A stretch of DNA of 54,512 nt, the filler included, from Asterionella formosa (Eukaryota), in the NCBI GenBank assembly GCA_002256025.1. It is 4 parts of 4 records of this genome, joined end to end, with 100 filler letters (N's around TTAATTAATTAA, not from the genome) between each part and the next. Parts side by side here need not be neighbours in the genome. Positions count along the whole stretch, not along the records: positions 40,986 to 54,512 come from NKIB01006620.1; 3 more parts are not named here. One strand, given 5' to 3'. Made by a program: the position numbers and the translations under genes. Positions 49,107-54,512 of this stretch are shown piece after piece. Under the pieces are notes generated by a model, which was given only the letters and a program-made list of their open reading frames with translations, had not been told where the DNA came from and searched no databases. The stretch's first letter is position 1. Every line of letters starts with the position of its first letter.

Positions 49107-50220
49107 CTACCTGCTCACTTTCTGCATGCCCTCAGCAACAATGAAAGCACGTTCATATTCTTTTTCAAATTTCAAGGTTTCTTTATTACCATGCCAATAG
49201 TAAGATTCTACGGGATGATGAACCATTTTACTAAGATAGGTCAGTTCAGTTGTAGCTAACATCTGAGATAACTCGAATTCAGGATTGAACTCCATTGCTG
49301 CAACTTTGTCACAACATGAACCCACAATGGTGTTGAGAACATGTACCATAACTGCATCTTCAACGTCATTTTCTGGATTACCAGGAAATGACCATCCACT
49401 TTGATTTTCACCCTTAAATTTCATTTTCATAAATGTATCCCAACCATCCTTTGTTAAATGTGACTCACTTCGTTTCCCCATAAAATCTGTTTCTCCACTG
49501 TATCGTAGTTGTAGTAGTAATTCCATAAACTTCACAATTGTAAAGGGACCACATGACCATCCACCATCATTGGTTCGTTGGAAAATCTTTGAATCTGACC
49601 ACCGCCCACCTTAAATTGAGGTTCCCCATCGGTGTAACCTCGGATTTTTGTTATCTCACTGAATGTTCTCAGAAAACTCTCTCGACATTCTGATCGAGCC
49701 TTCTTCATGCCAGATTTCCATTTTTCGTACTCGGTTTTGAATTTGACCATAGCTTTGGAGGGAATAATTTCTTTGTTAATATCTACACCAGGGCAATTCG
49801 ATATTTGCGTGCAATCTCGTGAATGCATTTCAAATGACTTTTCAAACTAACTCCATGTTCAGGATCACGTACTTCAACGTCGCCTTCATTTAGATCAAAA
49901 CAATATAGAACATAATTTTGCTGATGTTGTGTTTGTAAATAAGTCACAATAAGGAATTCAACGGAGGGTTGGAGATAAAAACTAAACTGTTAGATGGATA
50001 AGGACGTTCTGTATTCCAGTCATTTCTGTCTTGAGATTCAACAATTACATGAATGTTTGATGAATGCAGTTCATGAACAATGGCATTCACAATGGCGGTA
50101 ACAATTTCAATATCCCATTATGCACAATTGTCCAGTTCAATACGATTGTCCCTGTACGCACTGCTTCTCTTACAATTTAAGGGAATACTCATTCCTGCAA
50201 TATTCACGTACTTCTGACAT
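49107..50220 (-). pseudogene. Decayed unknown ORF converging on the transposase
   Basis: Abutting ORFs 49532-49828 and 49107-49535 have protein-like composition and are linked by a frameshift. No family recognised. Confidence 0.4.
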
Positions 50221-51893
50221 GTCAAAATATTTGAATGATCAATCTGTTTTTTAACGTGTGCTGAGTGAAACGTTAGATCTAATGGAAAATCTATTCACAG
50301 ACGAAGCCAATTGAAGTTGCGGGTCATTACACGTCATGATCATGCGTTGTGTTGGTCGAAAAAGCAAAAATATTTTAGCCACCGCATCGTCCAAGACCAA
50401 GACCAGAAATGCTTTGTTCTTGGTCGAGGATGGCCCTCTTATCGACCAAATATCAGGTATTTGGCTGATTAGACTCCGACCGTAGCCAAATAAAAGGAGC
50501 ATTTATATTGGTTTAGATTTTGGCTCGCGCCGGCAACATAACATCAACTGTTTAATTGATCCACAAACGCTTACAATACACATTTACGGTACTCTCTTGA
50601 TGTAGACAACTAATAAACTTATGTACAAAAACCTTTGAATAATACCGGCAGCAATCTATAAAATGTTGTCTTTCGAATCTTTGACGATCCCAATAAGATT
50701 TCGTCATCCATTGTCGACAAAACAGGATGCTACATGAGAAGGAGCAGCAGTAGGAGCAGGAGCAGGAGCAGCAGCCAACGAGGATGATTTTTTTGGCGCT
50801 GTCAAGAGCAACAAGCGATAGCGATGTGCGAGTTCCGTCAAGGCAGCATTGTTCCTCGTGTACCGTGATGTGTCATCGTTGGCAGACTGCTGCATATCCC
50901 TGGCTAGTATTAATTTCTCCTTCCCTTGCCTGCAGATCAATATTATGCTCAGGTTTGCTCAGCATTATGTGAAGTTAAGCCATGGGTATATTGTGTAAGA
51001 GTTTACAGTGTCGATGGTTGATTAATCAGCTGAAGAGTTTAAAAAATGTATCCAAGAGAGTTGCGCCATTTAACGAAGGGTTTCACGCCAATAAAGGCAA
51101 TCTCGTTTAATGGAACAAAATGAAGGAGGGATTAGATGTGATCCAATTGCATCTCAATAATTCAAGTGGTTCCAGTACTCCACTCGTCTGAATATAAAAA
51201 CTATAATGTTTCCATGATGCATCATAGGATTGTGATCATCTGATCATAATTTTTCGTTATATCATCTAATAATTTTGATAAATGCCCTTGTAATTTAAAT
51301 AGTAACCCTTTTGACTACATATATATTAATTTTTTAATCTATTGTTTCTATTAGATTCCTGTATTCGAATTTCTTGGTAGGATAATGTACCAGCTAAAGT
51401 AATGTAATTTGGCTCGTCATTTCCATCCGTCATCACTCCGATTTTTGCAACAACAACGAAATACTAGCGATGACAAGTGGAATGATTGTTTGTGATAACA
51501 ACGTCTTCAATTGTTGGTCAAGTGATCATTATATCTTTGAGTAATCGTCATTTGCAGTGAAGCTTTGTTCATAATCATTCAATTAGGAGTTGACAGAGAA
51601 GAAATCATTCGAACTCGTAATGGTCCCGCACACAGCGCACATTATAAATCCGTTTATCTGTTTCGTCGACCACAAGCATTATAATCTCTCCAATCAACCA
51701 GTAAACAAACACAATCTACTTGTTCTCGTTGACATTTTCAATTCTCACATGATACTACATCTACTATTGAGATTCAGCATAGAAAGAGATATGAAAATGT
51801 AACAGACTACTGTCCACATAGCTATAGTCAGAGAATGATTCTGATTACAATTTCTTCTTCATGTCGCTCGTTTCTGCATTTGGAATGCTGTAC

Positions 51894-52343
51894 TTGTATT
51901 TACTATTGAACTTGTTCGCATCTTTGATACCATCAAGAGAGCGAAAGCAAGTGGCTCTCTTCATTGTTGTTTGATTGTAGGAAATATTTGATATCCGTTT
52001 TGTCATTTGCTTGTTGGAACTGTCCGTTGCCTCAAACCTCCTTGGCGTGTGCGTACACACACTGTCGACTTGTTTTCATTGGTATGTTGTTCTTGTATTC
52101 ACTGTTGAACTTGTCCGCATCTTTGTTAACATCAATAGAGCGACAAGTGGGTCTCTTCGTTGCTTTTTGTTCCTGGAAAAGTCGGTGTTCGTGTCATCCT
52201 CATCAATAGAGGGATAAGTGTCCTTCATCATTGCGGTTTGCCGCTGGAAAAATTGGTACCCGTACTATCGTCATTCGCTTGTTGGAACCAGTGTCCGTTG
52301 CCTCAAACCTGATTGGCGTGTGTATATGTGCACTGTCGACTTG
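51894..52343. repeat. Diverged tandem duplication (about 51894-52073 and 52093-52343)
   Basis: ttgaacttg..cgcatctttg and gcttgttggaac..tgtccgttgcctcaaacct...cactgtcgacttgt each occur twice in the same order. Confidence 0.75.
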
Positions 52344-53655
52344 TGTACATTACAGGAGTGACTTAGCTACTAAAGTGCGTGTTATAATATCATATTCCGT
52401 AGTACGATGCAGAAAACTACAGTTCCCAATCATCTCATCATGATTGATAAGATGATAATGTGATATGACAATAGGTTTACATTGATGCATACATCACCAA
52501 AGTATGATACGTAATATTGAATAAAGTATATCACATAGCTATGATACATTGATCATAGAACTATCATGATTTCTTGAAATTTTTATTATATAATTTTGAT
52601 CAAAATATGATCATGTTAAATTAATACAATGATAATAAAAAACGGTAAAATATGTTCGTAAGTGTTGTCGATACATCACAGAAAATAAATCAATCAATCA
52701 ATCATAATTATGTTACTTAAGGTATAAATTCGACTTTAAATGTATACAGTAAAAGCCAACAGATCATATGATAGTATTATATGGTGGATAGGATCAAAAT
52801 ATACGGATGCGTTGATATTTACATCACTATAACATGATTTGTGATATGGATTGATGCATATCACATACCGGCATCCTCAACAACCAGCCATCACGTTCAT
52901 TGTCGTGTCCTTTTTCCTTGTTATAGCTGTAATTATACCGGCATGTGTATTGTGTAAACACTACGCTGGCGGAACATGCATATTAGACTGCTGTGCTCTG
53001 TTCAACAATTACTACACTCGGTTACCAACACACCAGCTGCACCTCCACAAGCGCCGCAAAAAGCTCCGCGTTTCTCTTCCACTGTTTTACATCATAGTCA
53101 TCTGGCCCTTTGACATCTTTCCAAACGGCATTTCATGGATTTCATGCAAATGATCAGTCAAACAAGAAACGTGACTTACTTCCATTGTTTACACTACACG
53201 ACTTTATGTTTTCGGAAAAGAAGATGAAGAAACTTATGAAATCAATCGAAGATTCCTTTGCATACACTCAAATAACTAATGAATTTGAACATAATCATAA
53301 TACTCCAGAAAAAATAAGCAATGAAGTATGCCGATTCAATAGTGGCAGAGATTGAAAAGAAGGAAAGATTGCTTTCGAAGAGCAGAGGAAACCCAAACAG
53401 TTGTTCTTCGTGTAAAAAGACTCTATTCCTACAGAGTCATAGTTCCATCCAGTGTCGTATTTTGCTCATTCTCCTGAACTCGCTGATAATGAAGAAGAAC
53501 TCAGTGATTCTCATTCATTTGGAAAACAAGTTCATGCGATGAATGAAAATACCGGCGGAAATGTGGGTGACATCACTTCTGAAGTAGAAATGGTTGAAAA
53601 GTTGCAAAACCAAGAAATATGTCTCACTATTCTTCCAGAACATCAAGATGAACAT

Positions 53656-54512
53656 CATTATCATGTACAAAATCAGAACCAAGTTTGAGTAATAGCATAT
53701 CTTTGTTTTCAATTATACGATTATACGATCCTAAAACTATGATGATTTACTGTCCCACTGCAATAGCAGCATTCATGAACATATTGTGTACTGTTGCTTG
53801 CTTACTACTCCGACTACCTTCTTTCAATTTTACGATCATACGATCCTGAAACTATGATGATTTACTGTCCCGCTGCAGTAGCAACAGTCTTGAACATATG
53901 GTGTTCTGTTGCTTGTTTACTTCTCCGACTATCCTCTTTCAATTTTATGATCATATGATCCTGAAACTATGATGATTTACTGTCCCGCTGCAGTAGCCAC
54001 AGTCATGAACATGTGGTGTTCTGTTGCTCGCTTACTACTCCGACTATTTTTTTCAATTTTATGATCATACGATCCTTAAGCTATGATGATTTACTGTCCC
54101 ACTGCAGTAGCAACAGTCATGAACATATGGTGTTCTGTTGCTCGCTTACTACCTGGTACTCTGACTACCTGGTACCTCCAGTATATCACTTCCTACCTGC
54201 TACTGGTACTCTGTATATATATGATAAAATGTTATTGTCGTATGATGTACCGGTACACATGAAGAACTCCCGCCCAAAAAAGGGGCTTAAACAATTTGCT
54301 ACCAAAATCCTTGTGTATTAATAATGATACAAATGGGTTATGACTTAGTGCACCAATTGAATGGTCTAAATAATTAGTTCCAACGGACGTAGAAAATATT
54401 GATGCAAACAAATTCCTAAAAATCAGTACCGGTACACGAAGTCGTGGAAAACAATGGTCATATGGTGCATTGAGTATATTCGAATTATCTTTATGCAAAT
54501 ATGATCATCTCA
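53656..54512 (-). repeat. Right long inverted repeat arm containing four tandem copies of a 115-bp unit
   Basis: gatcct.aa.ctatgatgatttactgtccc occurs at 53727, 53842, 53957 and 54071. The left arm has a single unit (about 41335-41435). Confidence 0.93.

Larger units (their letters stand above)
40986..54512. mobile_element. Candidate giant TIR DNA transposon (at least 13.5 kb) with a Plavaka-like transposase and cargo ORF remnants
   Basis: 40986-41482 is the reverse complement of 53656-54512, apart from extra tandem units on the right. The interior holds only decayed ORFs and tandem arrays. Confidence 0.65.

Overview
Eukaryotic scaffold, most consistent with a diatom: GT-AG introns, signal-peptide plus 'AF' plastid-targeting leaders, and a CoDi-type Ty1/copia element. 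It has three assembly gaps carrying an artificial TTAATTAATTAA linker. Host genes are a DUF1995/LPA3-like protein, a secreted or plastid hypothetical protein, a Cys-rich PLAC8-like protein, a PPR protein, a BRO1/ALIX-UBA protein, a TALE homeobox factor, Mpv17/PMP22, a GFA/CENP-V fragment and a 3-exon cytochrome-b5-fused desaturase. The rest is mostly mobile DNA: copia and gypsy 3' halves, a TIR-bounded pogo-like derivative, MITEs, a TIR-bounded Ginger-like integrase element and a 651-bp TRIM-like mini-retrotransposon. The most striking structure is the whole last contig (40986-54512). It is bracketed by long (about 500 bp or more) inverted repeats and contains a decayed Plavaka-like transposase, a 2OG-Fe(II) oxygenase-like remnant, other decayed ORFs and two tandem arrays, so it is a candidate giant cargo-carrying DNA transposon. 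A palindromic TACC(N)GGTA/GGTACC motif recurs throughout the non-coding DNA and at element junctions. All family assignments come from motifs recognised by eye; no database search was run.
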